A DNA stretch of 58,331 nt, the filler included, from Sphacelaria rigidula (Eukaryota): assembly GCA_964200075.2 (NCBI GenBank). It is 5 parts of 5 records of this genome, joined end to end, with 100 filler letters (N's around TTAATTAATTAA, not from the genome) between each part and the next. Parts side by side here need not be neighbours in the genome. Positions count along the whole stretch, not along the records: positions 23,377 to 34,961 come from CAXNAA020004742.1; positions 35,062 to 46,646 come from CAXNAA020004743.1; 3 more parts are not named here. One strand, given 5' to 3'. A program made the position numbers and the translations under genes. Below, one piece after another: positions 24,463 through 38,100 of the stretch (its first letter is position 1; each line of letters starts with the position of its first letter). The notes below the pieces were generated by a model that made no database searches, was not told the DNA's origin, and was given only the letters and a program-made list of their open reading frames with translations.

Positions 24463-27400
24463 CTCCACCGCGCTCAACCGAGCTATCGACCACATCGGCA
24501 AATGCAAAGGCCCCGGGGACTTTTGCGAGTGGTCCGGGAAAATTCGTCAAGCGATCAGCCTGTACGCGCGGTAAATGCTTCTCATCCTGGACGGATCAGC
24601 TTGTCCTAACGAGCAGGAGAAACGTGAGGTCTGGCAGGAGGCTAACAGCGACTTGTTCTCCATCCTGTTCTTTGCAACCGAGGGATCCGCGCTCGTTACC
24701 GTGAAAGAGCACGAGGGCAAGACAGCGGGCGTAGCGGGGGACGGTGCTGCCGCCTGGAACGCCTTCAAGGAGCGTTTCGACTCAAACACCAAAGAAGCCC
24801 GCCGTGCTTGTCGCGACAAACTGTTCAACAACCCCATGAAAACAGGTAGCAATCCAGTGGACTACTTCGCCACCATGGACGAGATGCGGTTGCGGCTGAA
24901 GGACTTTGGGGAGGAACTCATCGATGACAGCTACGCCGATGTTCTGCTTCGTTTTCTTCCCAAGGAGTATGATTCTATCACACAGATGAACCATCGCGAC
25001 CGTTCCTTCAGCCTGGAGGACATAAAACGGACAGCTATTAACTTCCACATAGACGAGTTGTCCCGCAAGTCGTCTCATCCTCCCGTTGCTGGGCGTGGAT
25101 CGGCGATGGCCGCTGCTTCAGGCAGCGACCAATGCCACCATTGCCAAGGCTACGGACACTTTCAAAAGGACTGCCCTAAGCTTGTGCAGAAGAAGCGGCC
25201 CACGAAGTGGAAGAAGAAGAGGGGCCCGAAACCTGGCGGCGGCGGTGGTTCTTCGCAAAGGTGGTGTCCGTACCACAAAACCGCAAGCCACGGCGACTCC
25301 GACTGTCACAAGCAGAAGGAGCTCAAGAAAAAGGAGCTTAATCAGCTGGCTGCCAACTTGGCTCTTCTCAACATAAAACCGCAGGCTGGACAATTCCCCA
25401 ACATAAGCAGTGCGCTTGTCGCACAAAACCCACAACCGGAACCTGAACCCGAGCCGATAACTTTCGGGTTCTCGTACTGCGCGATGGGTACTTGCTTGGC
25501 TGGGGCGCAAGCGGGCACCACTACCACCGCGGCACCTTCTGCGGCATCAGCTGGGAAACCGGCAGCTCCCGCGACACCACCGGCACAGGTCGGATCTGCT
25601 CCCACGAAGGAATCCCAGAAGATTAGCGGCACGCCTGGAGGGATCTTCGGTGCGTTCATGGCATCCACTGCTCTGCCGGCCGGGATCTTCTGGTCTGGTG
25701 GGGACAAGGTCACCATGCTAGTGGACAGCGAAGCCACCGAGCACTTTGTAGACCCGCTCCTCACTCCTGGATTGCAGGACTCCATGCGCGACTTTCGCGC
25801 TCTCGACGTACCGTATCAAGTCGAAGGAATTAGAGGGAAAATTCTCAAAGGTGTCGCAACGGGTACGATCCACGGCACCGTTGTCGATGACGGAGGTTTC
25901 AAACAGCCGCTCTCCTTTCACGCTGTTCTTGTTCCAGGGCTAGGACCTAACGATTTCTATGTCTGCACCGCATGGGCGCAGGGGATAGCTACGTTAATTC
26001 ATCCTGCCAAGCCCAGGTTGGAATACAGCGAGGTGGACAACGGAGAAGTGACTCTGCCGATGAACGTGGTTGGCGTGGACAACACGACCGGGAAGCTGCT
26101 GTGCACTTTTACTTTGGAGCTTGGCGACGGCTCTGGAGGCGGTTCCAGCGCACTTGCACTGCGGGCGGTTTCTGCGGAGCTGTGGCACCGGCGGATGGGA
26201 CACGTCAACCGCAGGAGCTTAGATGTCCTTCGGAAACAACTGGGCAACGGGGTTGAGTACAACGGGGACATGGATGATTGTGACGTCTGCGCCGTCGGTA
26301 AGAGTGAACAGCAAGCTTATCCTGAGAAGGCGACGCATGATGCACAGTATCCTGTCCAGTCCGTCACCGTGGACCTTATGGGTCCCATCTTCCCTACAGC
26401 CATTAGTGGGTTCCGAATGGTCTCAAAGTTTGTCGACCAGGCCACAAAGTGGAAGGAGATTTTTCTCCGTTAACACGAAACACAAACAACGGAATCTCTC
26501 AAGCTCCTTAACGCGGGGCTTGTGATTCCCTCTGGACATCGCTTGGAACGCGTCAAAGCTGACAAAGGTTCAGAGTTCACGAGTGCTGAGTTCCGTCAGT
26601 ACTATCGAGAGGTCGGGATCAAGCTCGTGTTTGCTTCGACTAACACGCCGCAGCAGACGGGAGACAACGAGCGGGCAGGAAAGACGATCGTGAGGATTGT
26701 ACGCTGCTTGCTCGTTGACTCAGGTCTTCCCAACAAACTCTGGGGGGAGCTGATGCTGACGGCTGCATACCTCAGCAACCGGACTCCCCACGCGGCATTG
26801 AACAACGACACGCCGTACAAACGCCTCTACGGCAAGGACGCAACCCTCGGACATTTTCGGACGATCGAGGCAAGGGCGTTCGTGCACTTGGAGACACGCA
26901 GCAAGAAGCTGGACCAACGTGCCTGGGAAGGGAGGCTCGTGGGTTGCAGCATGGATATCACGTCGTACGGGGTTTACAACCCAGTGACAGGGACTGTAAG
27001 GAAAAGCAGGAACGTGATCTTCATCGAGACTCCTTCCGCCATGCCTGAACCTGACTTGGCGAATGGTCTTGAAGAGGTAGAATTCACGTACGACGATGTC
27101 GATGACATGATACGGGATGTCGGGAACTATTCATCCAACATTGACCTGAGATCGTCGCCGCTGCTGGCCAACAGGTTCGCAACCCTTCAGTTCGCGCGCT
27201 ATTCGAACACATCAAGGAGATATCCAACCGCGATGCTGGTATCAACCACACCAACTCCGCGTCTTCCGAGACCGCACCAACCGACAATCCATCGGGTGAT
27301 CCGCCTGGGGAAGGCGACCCTGGAGGAGATCGCCCTGGTGATTCGCCTGGGGGAGAAAGCCCTACCCCGCCTGAGGAAGGGAGCCCTGCAGGTACGGGTG

Positions 27401-28490
27401 GTGGTTCAGAGTCGGGCGGTAGCTCCGGTGATTCGGGGTCTGGTTCAGCGTCGCACGGCGAGGGTAGCTCCCGCGGAGGTTCCGTGTCATATGGTGGGCG
27501 TGGTGCTCACGGTGGGCGACGTGGCACGGCATCTTGTGGTGGGCGGGGTGGTTCTACACCGCAGCGTCGTACTACCAGATCGGTGACACAAGGGCCCAAC
27601 GCAAGGACTCTCCGCGAATTGAAGAAACTTGGACTACACACGAAGGGGGAGAGATAGGACATCGCCCACAAGGACGAGTTCGTGTACTTAGTCCATTACG
27701 CCTATGCAGCGCAAAACGTCCAACAGAAGGTTCCCAGGACATTCAGGGAGGCCATGGGAGCTAGTCGACGCGAAACTAAGGCTCCCGTAAGTTTCAGGTC
27801 GGGTGTTCAAAGTCTTACGGTAATGTCCATCATGGAGGCGGAGCTGGTGGCTGCAGCGCTGGCCATAAAGGAAGCAATTTTCTGCTCCACTATGCTGATC
27901 GAGCTTGGTTTCGGAAAGGAGGTCGAGAAGGTGCCGCTGTACATCGACAACACGGCGACATTGCATGTGATCGGAAACCGCGCGTACAGCTCTCGCAAGA
28001 AGCATATCGCGTTGAGGTTCTTCTACATCCGTGAACTTGTTAGCGAGGGAAAGATGACGATTCACTACGTCCCCACCGAAGACAAGCTAGCTGACATAGG
28101 GACGAAGCACTTGACGAAGCTACGTCTTCAGCAACTTCTTCACAAGTTCAAGAACTTCTGACACCTTCAACATCATCACTAACTAACAACTTCTGACGTT
28201 TTCATCAACATGAGTACATTTTGATATTTTCGTGTTTACATTTGAGTAGTCTATTATGGCTCGCATCATCACTGATCGCCAGAACACCCTCGCTTTGAAT
28301 TCAAGAGTATTCTGGTTCATGATACATTGTTTGCAGAAAGTATATTAACGCGTGTGCGTTAGGTACTCGTAGCACGTAGAAGGAAATATTATTGGAACGG
28401 AATGAATTTAGCGTTTGATTCTCATCGCGTTTCTTTTCTTATTTTTGTTCATTTGTTTCTTGATTTCACTGCACTTTCATTGAAGGGGAG
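24463..28490 (+). mobile_element. Ty1/copia retrotransposon copy 1 (internal region; 5'-truncated, RT deleted, frameshifted)
   Basis: Gag with CHHCQGYGHFQKDC knuckle and WCPYHKTASHGDSDC; protease DSEATEH; LWHRRMGH...CDVC; integrase DLMGP/DKGSEF/TPQQ; RNase H tail EAELVA...KHIALRFF...ADIGTK; PPT TGAAGGGGAG at 28481-28490. At ~27778 it jumps from VPRTFREAM directly to KAPVSF. Confidence 0.95.
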
Positions 28491-28927
28491 TGTTATGGAC
28501 ATGTTAGCTCATGTCCATGTACTAGTCAATGTCCAGTTCCGTAGCACTGCTCTTGTAGCATAGTACATCTTGTCGGTCTAATATGTGTCGCTTCGCGAGT
28601 AACGTATGGCATGCGGAGGAACTACTTTGCTGTGTTCTATCGCGGAGGTCACTCCAACTCCTCCTTCCCCTCCTCCCTGCTGATCTTACTACTGTCCTGT
28701 CTTCCAAGGACAGCTCCGTCTTCTGGACTTTAGGGTACTCTGTGATTTATATCTGTGTGTGTGTGTTGGCCACCTAAGCGCCACTTTCAACATCATATCA
28801 TCTCTGTTACACAGAAGCATCATCCTGCTTCTCTTCGGGTCTCCACTGCCGAGTGTCCCGTACCTTGACTAATCTCGAGAGGCGCAGCCTCTGCCACGAT
28901 GCCAAGGTACTAAAAGTTACCATAATA
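28491..28927 (+). mobile_element. Copia LTR (437 bp) shared by both copies
   Basis: Starts TGTTATGG immediately after the PPT and ends CCATAATA (inverted terminus with CA changed to TA). Followed by a PBS-like GGTTATTAGCC at 28928. Confidence 0.85.
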
Positions 28928-31900
28928 GGTTATTAGCCTCGAGTGTGGTGGCAAGTGGAGATTTTTGGTGAACGCGACCGGCTACCGTTGCGTGCTGCTG
29001 TTGTGCAAACACAACATCTACGATTCACGGAGTGGTGAGCTGGAAGCAGCTTTTCTGCTGGAACCAGTTTTTCTGCTGGAGATTGGACGCGGAGTCAACC
29101 CGCTTGTCATCGAGCCCGGACTACTGATCACCTGGGTTCACGGCTGCACATTCGGTACGCTGCTGTTTTGTGTAAGGCATTCGGGGTGCATAACTTCTAG
29201 GCGTTGACTCCGGTTGGCGAATAGAGTTGTGCAACGTTTGGTAGGCCGCGTGCGGAGACCTGAGTACGCGACCGACATCCAAACAGCCTGCGCGTTGTTT
29301 ATCGCGGAGTGAAGTCTTTCCAAGATATCTTCCACGTGCTGAGTACCGTCTCGGTAGCGTGTGTATAGGCTGAGGGACTGACTTCACGGGCTGGCATTCA
29401 CTTTGCTGCAGCCTCACCTTCAAATCTGGCGTGAATTGCTTCACATCAGTCGCCTGCGCGTGGTATACGCGAGTTGGAGTTGTCCAAGATACCTTCCGCG
29501 TGCTTTGTCCGGCGCCTGGGTAGGTTGAGGTATCCAAGATATCTTTAGTGATTGAGGATAACACTCGGCCTGTTAGCATATTGCTGCAGCCAAAAGGCTG
29601 CACTCAAAGACGTGTAGCAACCTAAGCAATTACACCTGACCCGTGTGATTTCAGGACGTGGCCGGAATTGATACCTCCGTCGCCAAAACACCTCAGCTTA
29701 ACCAACTGCGGTACGTCTAAACTGTGTTTTCGTCGAGCACAGGAGTCTGGGCGGACGCTGGAAGAGCATCCGACGGACAAGGGTTGTAGGCTTCCGAGCC
29801 GCCATCTGACACGCACTACGCTGCGTACAGCACTATTATTCCCCTGCACTGCTTTTGCGCGTCGAGCCTTTTTTTTGGTATTCGGGACGTTACAGGCGTG
29901 CACACGGTCTGCGCGTTCCGCGCGTTGAACCAGTTGGTCGACTTCACAGCCGTGTGAGAACTACGAAACCATGGCGGACTCATCCTCCACCGCGCTCAAC
30001 CGAGCAATCGACCACACCGGCAAATGCAAAGGCCCCGGGGACTTTCGCGAGGGGTCCGGGAAAATTCGTCAAGCGATGAGCCTGTAAGCGCGGCAGATGC
30101 TTCTCATCCTGGACGGATCAGCTTGTCCAAACGAGCAGGAGGAACGTGAGGTCTGCTGGCAGAAGGCTAACAGCGACTTGTTCTCCATCCTGTTCTTCGC
30201 AACCGAGGGATCAGCGTTCGTTACCGTGAAAGAGCACGAGGGCAAGACAGCGGGCGTAGCTGTGGACGGTGCTGCTGCCTGGAATGCCCTCAAGGAGCGT
30301 TTCGACGCAAACACCAAAGAAACCCGCCGTGCTTGTCGCGACAAACTGTTCAACAACCCCATGAAACCAGGTAGCGACCCAGTGGACTACTTCGCCACCA
30401 TGGACGAGATGCGGTTGCGGGTGAAGGAGTTTATGGAGGAACTCATCGATGACAGCTACACCGATGTTCTGCTTCGTTCTCTTCCCAAGGAGTATGATTT
30501 TACCACACAGATTAACCATCGCGACCGTTCCTTCAGCCTGGAGGACATGAAACGGACAGCTATGAACTTCCACATAGACGAGTTGTCCCGCAAGTCGTCT
30601 CATCCTCCCACTGCTGGGCGTGGAGCGGCGATGGCCGCTGCTTCAGGCAGCGACCAATGCCACCATTGCCAAGGCTACGGACACTTTCGAAAGGACTGCC
30701 CTAAGCTCGTGCAGAAGAAGCGACTCACGAAGTCGAAGAAGAAGAGGGGCCCGAAACCTGGCGGCGGCGGTGGTTCTTCGCAAAAGTGGTGTTCGTACCA
30801 CAAAACCGCAAGCCACGGCGACTCCGACTGTCACAAGCAGAAGGAGCTCAAGAAAAAGGAGCTTAATCAGCTGGCTGCCAACTTGGCTCTTCTCAACATA
30901 AAGCCGCAGGCTGGCTAATTCCCCAACATAGGCAGTGCGCTTGTCGCACAAAACTCACAACCGGAACCCGAACCCGAGCCGATAACGTTCGGGTTCTCGT
31001 ACTGCGCGATGGGTACTTGCTTGGCTGGGGAGCAAGCGGGCACCACTACCACCGCGGCACCTTTTGCGGCATCAGCTGGGAAACCGGTAGCTCCTGCGAC
31101 ACCACCGGCACAGATCGGATCTGCTCTCACGGAGGAATCCCAGAAGATCAGCGGCACGCCTGGAGGGATCTTCGGTGCGTTCATGGCATCCACTGCTCTG
31201 CCGGCCGCAGTCTTCTGGTCTGGTGGGAACACGGTCACCATGCTAATGGACAGCGGAGCCACCGAGCACTTTGTAGACCCGCTCCTCACTCCTGGATTGC
31301 AGGGCTCCCTGCGCGACTTGCGCGCTCTCGACGTACCGTATCAAGTCGAAGGAATTGGGGGGAAAACTCTCAAAGGTGTTGCAACGGGTACGGTCCACGG
31401 CACCGTTGTCGATGACGGAGGTTTCAAACAGCCATTCTCCTTTCACGCTGTTCTTGATCCAGGGCTAGGATCTAACCTTGTCTCTGTCTGCACCGCATGG
31501 GCGCAGGGGATAGCTACGTTATTTCATCCTGCCAAGCCCAGGTTGGAATACAGCGAGGTGAACAATGGAGAAGTGGCTCTGCTGATGAACGTGGTTGGTG
31601 TGGACAACACGACCGAGAAGTTGCTGTGCACTTTCACTTTGGAGCTTGGCGACGGCTCTGGAGGCGGTTCCAGTGCACTTGCACTGCGGGCTGTTTCTGC
31701 GGAGCTGTGGCACCGGCGGATGGGACACGTCAACCGTAGGAGTTTAGATGTCCTTCGGAAACAGCTGGGCATCGGGATTGATTGAGTACAACGGGGACAT
31801 GGATGATTGTGATGTCTGCGCCGTCGGTAAGAGTGAACAGCAAGTTCATTTTAAGAAGGCGACGCATGATGCACAGTATCCTTTCCAGTCGGTCACCGTG

Positions 31901-34849
31901 GACCTTATGGGTCCCATCTCCCCTACAGCCATTAGTGGGTTTCGGATGGTTTCAAAGTCTTGAAAATCGATCAGGCCACAAAGTGGAAGGAAATCTTTCC
32001 CCTTCAAGATGAAACACAAACAACGGAATCTCTCAAACTCCTTAACGCGGGGCTTGTGATTTCCTCTGGATATCGCTTGGAACGCGTTAAAGCTGACAAA
32101 GGTTCAGAGTTCACGAGTGCTGAGTTCCGTCAGTACTGTCGGGAGGTCGGGATCAAGCTCGTGTTTGCTTCAACTAACACGCCGCAGCAGATAGGAGACA
32201 ACGAGGGGGCAGGAAAGACGATCGTGGGGATTGTACGCTGCTTGCTCGCGGACTCAGGTCTTCCCAAAACACTCTGGTGGGAGCTGATGCTGACGGCTGC
32301 ATACCTCAGCAACCGGACTCCCCACGTGGCATTGAACAACGACACGCCGTACAAACGCCTCTACGGCAAGGACGCAACCCTCGGGCATTTTCGGACGATC
32401 GGGGCAAGGGCATTCGTGCACGTGGAGACACGCGGCAGGAAGCTGGACCAACGTGCCAAGGAAGGGAGGCTCGTGGGTTACAGCATGGATAGCACGTCGT
32501 ACCGGGTTTACAACCCAGCGACAGGGACTGTAAGGGAGAGCAGGAACGTGATCTTCATCGAGACTCCTTTCGACATGCCTGAACCTGACTTGGCGAATGG
32601 TCTTGAAGAGGGAGAATTCACGTACGACGACGTCGATGACATGATACGGGATGTCCAGAACTATCCATCCAACACCGACCTGAGATCGTCGCCTGCTGCT
32701 GGCCAAGAGGTTCGCAACCCTTCAGTTCGCGTGCTATTCAAACACATCAAGGAGATAACCAACCGCAATGCTGGTATCAACCACACCAACTCCGCGTCTT
32801 CCGAGACCGCACCAACCGACAATCCATGGGGTGATCCACCTGGGGAAGACTCCCCTGGAGGAGATCGCCCTGGTGATTCGCCTGGAGAAGACGGCCCTAC
32901 CCCGTCTGAGGAAGGAAGCCCTGCAGGTACAGGTGGTGGTTCTGAGTCGGGTGGTAGCTCCGGTGATTCGGGGTCTGGTTCGGCGTCGCACGGCGAGGAT
33001 AGCTCCCGCGGAGGTTCCGCGTCACGTGGTGGGCGTGGTGCTCACGGTGGGCGACGTGGCACGGCATCTCGTGGTGGGCGGGGTGGTTCTACACCGCAGC
33101 GTCCTACTACCAGATCGGTGACACAAGGGCCCAACGCAAGGACTCTCCGCGAATTGAAGAAACTTGGACTACACACGAAGGGGGAGAGACAGGACATCGC
33201 CCACAAGGACGAGTTCGTTTACTTCGTCCATTACGCCTATGCAGCGCAAAACGTCCAACAGAAGGTTCCCAGGACATTCAGGGAGGCCATGGAGCTAGCT
33301 GACGCGAAACTATGGCGAGCGGCTACCCGCAAAGAAATGGACAGCTTGGAGGAACTTAGAGTCTTCACGCTGGTCCCGCGCAAGACCGTCCCTACTGGCT
33401 CCAGGATCTACAAGCCTCAATGGGTTTTCAAGATCAAAACCGACAACAGCCACAAAGCGCGCTTGGTACCCGGAATTCGTCGCTCTCGGGTTCGTTCCGT
33501 CCAGTCTGACACGTGTGTTTACATATACAGGAAGAACGACGTAGTCATCATCCTGACTCTCTACATGGACGACCTTCTCCTCGTTGGAGCTGACATCCAG
33601 GTCATCCAGAGCATTAAACAGAAGTTGGTGAAGTGGTTCAAGATGACGGACATGGGAGACGTTTCACTCGTGCTTGGGATGCAGGTTACGCGTGACCGCC
33701 AGGAGAAGACGATCACGATCAGCCAGGAGAAGTACACCAGATCCATCCTGGAGAAGTTTGGCATGGTGGACTGCAAGCCTGTGAGCACCCCCGGTTTCGG
33801 AAAGGAGCTGTCCACCAACCAGCCGGAGGGAACTCTTCTCAACGAGGAAGAACGCAGAGGTTCCAGGCCATAACAGGCTCGGTCATGTACCTAGCCCAGA
33901 TTACGCGCTACGATGTCATGTACAGCACTTGTCAACTTGCTCATGCGATGTCTAAACCGTCGAAAGCGCACATGGGTGCGGCCAAGCACTTGCTTAGGTA
34001 TCTGGCGGGAACCCTAGATTTTTCCCTGGTCTACAAGAAGGGAGGGTTCAAGCTGACAGCCTTCTCTGACTCCAAATGGGGAAACAACCCCGACAGCGGC
34101 AAGTCGACGTCGTGCTACATCATGATGTTCTGCAAGGCTCCCGTAAGTTTCAGGTCGGGTGTTCAAAGTCTTAGGGCAATGTCCACCATGGAGGCGGAGT
34201 TGGTGGCTGCAGCGCTGGCCATAAAGGAAGTGATTTTCCGCTCCAATATGCTGATCAAGCTTGGTTTCGGAAAGGAGGTCGAGAAGGCGCTGCTGTACAT
34301 CGACAACACGGCGACACTGTATGTGATTGGGAACCGCGCGTACAGCTCTCGCACGAAGCATATCGCATTGAGGTTCTTCTACACCCGTGAACTAGTTAAC
34401 GAGGGAAAGATGACGATTCACTACGTCCCCACCGAAGACAACCTAGCTGACATAGGGACGAAGCACTTGACGAAGCTACGTGTTCAGCAACTTCTTCACA
34501 AGTTTAAGAACCTCCGACGCCTTCAACATGATTACTAACTAACAACTTCTTCTGACGTTTTCGTCAACATGGGTACATTATGATATTTTCGTGTTTACAA
34601 TTGAGTAGTCTGTTATGGCTCGCATCATCACTGATCGCTAGAGCACTTTAGCTTTGAATTTAAGAGTATTCTGGTTCATGATACGTTATTTGCAGAAAGT
34701 ATATTAACGCGTGTACGTTAGGTACTCGTAGCACGTAGAAGGAAATATTGTTGGAACGGAATGTATTTAGCGTTTGATTCTCATCGTGTTTCTTTTCCTA
34801 TTTTTATTAGCTTGTTTCTTGATTTCACTGCACTTTCATTGAAGGGGAG
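28928..34849 (+). mobile_element. Ty1/copia retrotransposon copy 2 (PBS, ~1-kb leader, gag-pol pseudogene 29971-34538, PPT)
   Basis: ATG at 29971 (MADSSSTALNRAID), gag knuckles, DSGATEH protease, integrase, RT (KPQWVFKIK, KARLV, YMDDLL) and RNase H (FSDS, STMEAE, ADIGTK), with several stops and frameshifts. Highly similar to copy 1. Confidence 0.95.
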
Positions 34850-34893
34850 TGTTATGGAAATGTTAGTCAATGTTCAGTTCCGTAGCACTGCTA
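34850..34893 (+). mobile_element. Truncated 3' LTR of copia copy 2
   Basis: After the PPT, TGTTATGGAAATGTTAGTCAATGTTCAGTTCCGTAGCACTGCT matches the start of the 28491 LTR (with a gap), then diverges. Confidence 0.75.
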
Positions 34894-34961
34894 ACAACAA
34901 ATTGTGCGAATTGAGGTTTAACTTCGAGATGAGGTTCAAGCCTAAAACAGTGCCTTCCCCA

Positions 34962-35061
34962 NNNNNNNNNNNNNNNNNNNNNNNNNNNNNNNNNNNNNNN
35001 NNNNNTTAATTAATTAANNNNNNNNNNNNNNNNNNNNNNNNNNNNNNNNNNNNNNNNNNNN
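34962..35061. other. Artificial contig linker
   Basis: N-run with TTAATTAATTAA. Confidence 0.97.
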
Positions 35062-35165
35062 CCCCCCGCGGCTTCGTTGCCCCGGCCACGGGGGCTTCCG
35101 TCGGTGCCCCCGAATGCGTCACGACCCCCCCCCCCCCCCCCCCCCCCCTCCATAACCATTCGCGC

Positions 35166-38100
35166 ATGAATTACGGAATGGCCACTTTTGGATGCAGGTC
35201 TTCGCCAGAACCGTCGGCGACATCCGCCTCGCCGCAGCTGGATCCTGCCCTGAAGGATCCATCGAGCGCCCCCATCATACCAACGTGGGTCAGTCCTGCA
35301 ACCACCTCACACCGGAAAGCTGCGGGAGCCCGGCTGCGCGTGCGCCGAAGCGGACGTCCCAGGTCCTGGAGGGGGGCGGATGCCAAACTGGGTCAACCGC
35401 CCGGAAGCTGAAGCAAAAGACGACGGATCCCGATGCAACAGATAGTTCTGAAGCCGCTTGGGCTCTGCAGGAGGGGACACCCCCGGCTGCCGTGCCCGCA
35501 TCGACGTTGAGATATAGCCCTGATGCGGGTACGGCAAATAGTCCATCCCCTGCCGCCGACAGCACCCGCCGTCCATCAAAATCGCGGCCGCGATCCACGC
35601 CGGCACGCTTGGAACGGCCGACGACGGCGGCAGATGTAACTAACAATGACGGCGTCGGGCGGCGGTTGAGGCGGAGGGTGCGTGACGGGCAAAACGAACA
35701 GTATACGAGCCTCCCGCCCCCTGAAACACAATAATTTTCACCCGTGCGTACCACAAGGGCAACTTCGGTGCCTGCGAGTCGGAGGGGTGCGCGGAAGCAC
35801 TGCGGCAAGGCGGAACGTGGGGAAGCTGACGGCTGGGTTGTCGGTCTGTGCAGTTGGTGTAAAACCCACCACGCCGAGCCAGACAGACTCTGTGCTGCCT
35901 GCCATCGCCCCGCACGTAAATTCACCCATCTCCTTCCGGCTTCACACGGTCCTGCGGCGGATTTCTTGAACGCGAAGAGGGAACACGGGTCACCAACTGT
36001 GGTCGCCGCTACGTACGAGCCGAAATCGGATATTCTGTGCACGCGCTCCGACTGCTTATATTCCCTGTTTCGGAGTTCAGCTAAAGTAAAGTCAAGGACG
36101 CAGTGGAAGAGGTGTGCCGTGTGCGGGCAATCGCAGCGAAGTAAGGCCGGGGGTGAGACCCGTTGGATCGCCGCCGGTGGTGCAAGCGCCGCTATAACGC
36201 ACTTCTTCACCTTAGGGGTGGGCCACAGCCGGACGACCTTGCTCCTGTCTGCACAGGAGTGCGTGCTGGAGGCGACTAGGACATTGTGCGACCCCTGCTG
36301 CGCCGCGTATCGTAGAAACGTGAAGAACGGGAACGTTAAGCATCAGCAACATACATCTGTCGCCCGTTAACAGCTACCGGCGAAGAAAGGAAAGCTAGTG
36401 TGCCGCACCACAGAGCTCGTGCAGGCCGCGGGGCGTGCGGGAGGTATTGTTCGGAGCGGGGAGGTCGAGGCCTGGGTGGTGGAAACTCGGGAGGAAGAGA
36501 AGCGGCACAAGCTTGGTGCAAAGAGCTTGCGAGCGACTGCTCAGTCAATAATGACAGATATCGGTCACCGCCTCAGCGACGTCACGTTGGTTACTCTGCG
36601 GAAAGACCAACGCTCAGGGGGTGATGCTCGGGAGGTTTACAGGTACCTCGTGCCTCGACTGTCCCGGGCTGAGGGCATTGCGAAGCTCGACCTATTGGCG
36701 ACTAACGCGGCAGAAAAAATTGCCGATCTCGAACGGAGGATCGCCGCGATTAGGGAGGGAGGTGCGGCGGTGGGGACCTCGGCGAATTCGGGCGCTCCCG
36801 TTGCCGCCGCTACTCTTTCTGCCGGCCACCGCTAAGACGTGGTGCAGGAAACCGGTCGGATCGTGCGCGAGGATTTAATAACTTCTGTGACACTCAAAAG
36901 CGTGAGGAGAGCAACAACACACGAGGACGACATCGCCGGGGATCTGCCGCCGCTGCGTGACTATTTCGCGGAGCTACCCCTCTCGCTACGCCTTTCGTTC
37001 CGAGTCGTCTTCCGTTGTGCATTGGCTTTGATGATGCGGGGAATCCTTCGCGGACATAGAGCGTGAGTGAGGCGGACGGCAGCCCACCGGATCCAGTCCC
37101 TCACGCGCGGGGAGACGACAAGACAAAGAAGGAAGAAGTGATGTGGTACGTCCTGGCGACGATCTTCGTCAAAGCCGTGCTGGGGCAGTCGTACAGGGCG
37201 CTCCACGAGTTGATGCTCGCCCAATTGCTGAAATGTCATGGAGGTACCAGGAGAGTGAGCGATTTCCTCGGGACTATTGGCCTGTGCTTGTCTGACAGTC
37301 AATGTGCCAAGCGTGATAACCTCATCATGCGGGCGGCGCTGGACCATGGCGTCATCCCACCATGGATGGACCTGGTAGCCTGCGTCTTCGACAATTGCGA
37401 TATGAAGGCAGAGATGAACCTCATCAGCTCGCAATATTGTCCCTTCATCGGCGCTTTAAGTGTCGGCTTAAAACCCGGGGGCAGAGTTCTCCGGCTGTCT
37501 CCTTACTCTGACTGGACCCCGGTAGATAAACTCACAATGGAGAAAGTCGGGGATGGATTGCCCCGAGACGATACCAGTAACGTGTTCCAGGAGTTTGCGA
37601 TGGACCTATCGGTGAGCGCATGCAGGAGCGCAGATGGATTCCGGAAGGGCGAGAAGACATGCGTGGAGGCAGAGTTCCGCAAGGTGAGGTCTACACGTGA
37701 ATTTGGGTGTTGCAGCCTCGTCTCATCGCCATCTTGGGAGTTACAGTTCCGTAATTTGGGGAGGGGTAGTTTTAGTGCGTGTCGTGATGATGTATTTGTC
37801 GACCGATAACTTTACATGCGCTTGTTGATGAGTCACAAAACCATCGTGTAGCAGCATCGTTTGCGGCCCTGAGTACGATGTCATGGGGTCATGGAGTACA
37901 TGAGAAAGATATGAAAAGCAGCTCCGCCCCAACTTCGCCTACCATGCAAGGTGATGACTCCGCCCCAAATCTCGGAGCTGTAGACGTCGGAATTTGAGTG
38001 GCAATGGCGACGTTTGACTCCAGGCCGGGCGAATTCAGGATCCATTTTTGTGAACTCCTGCGTCAGTGATCGGGTGATGCACATGTTCTTCTGCACTTTC

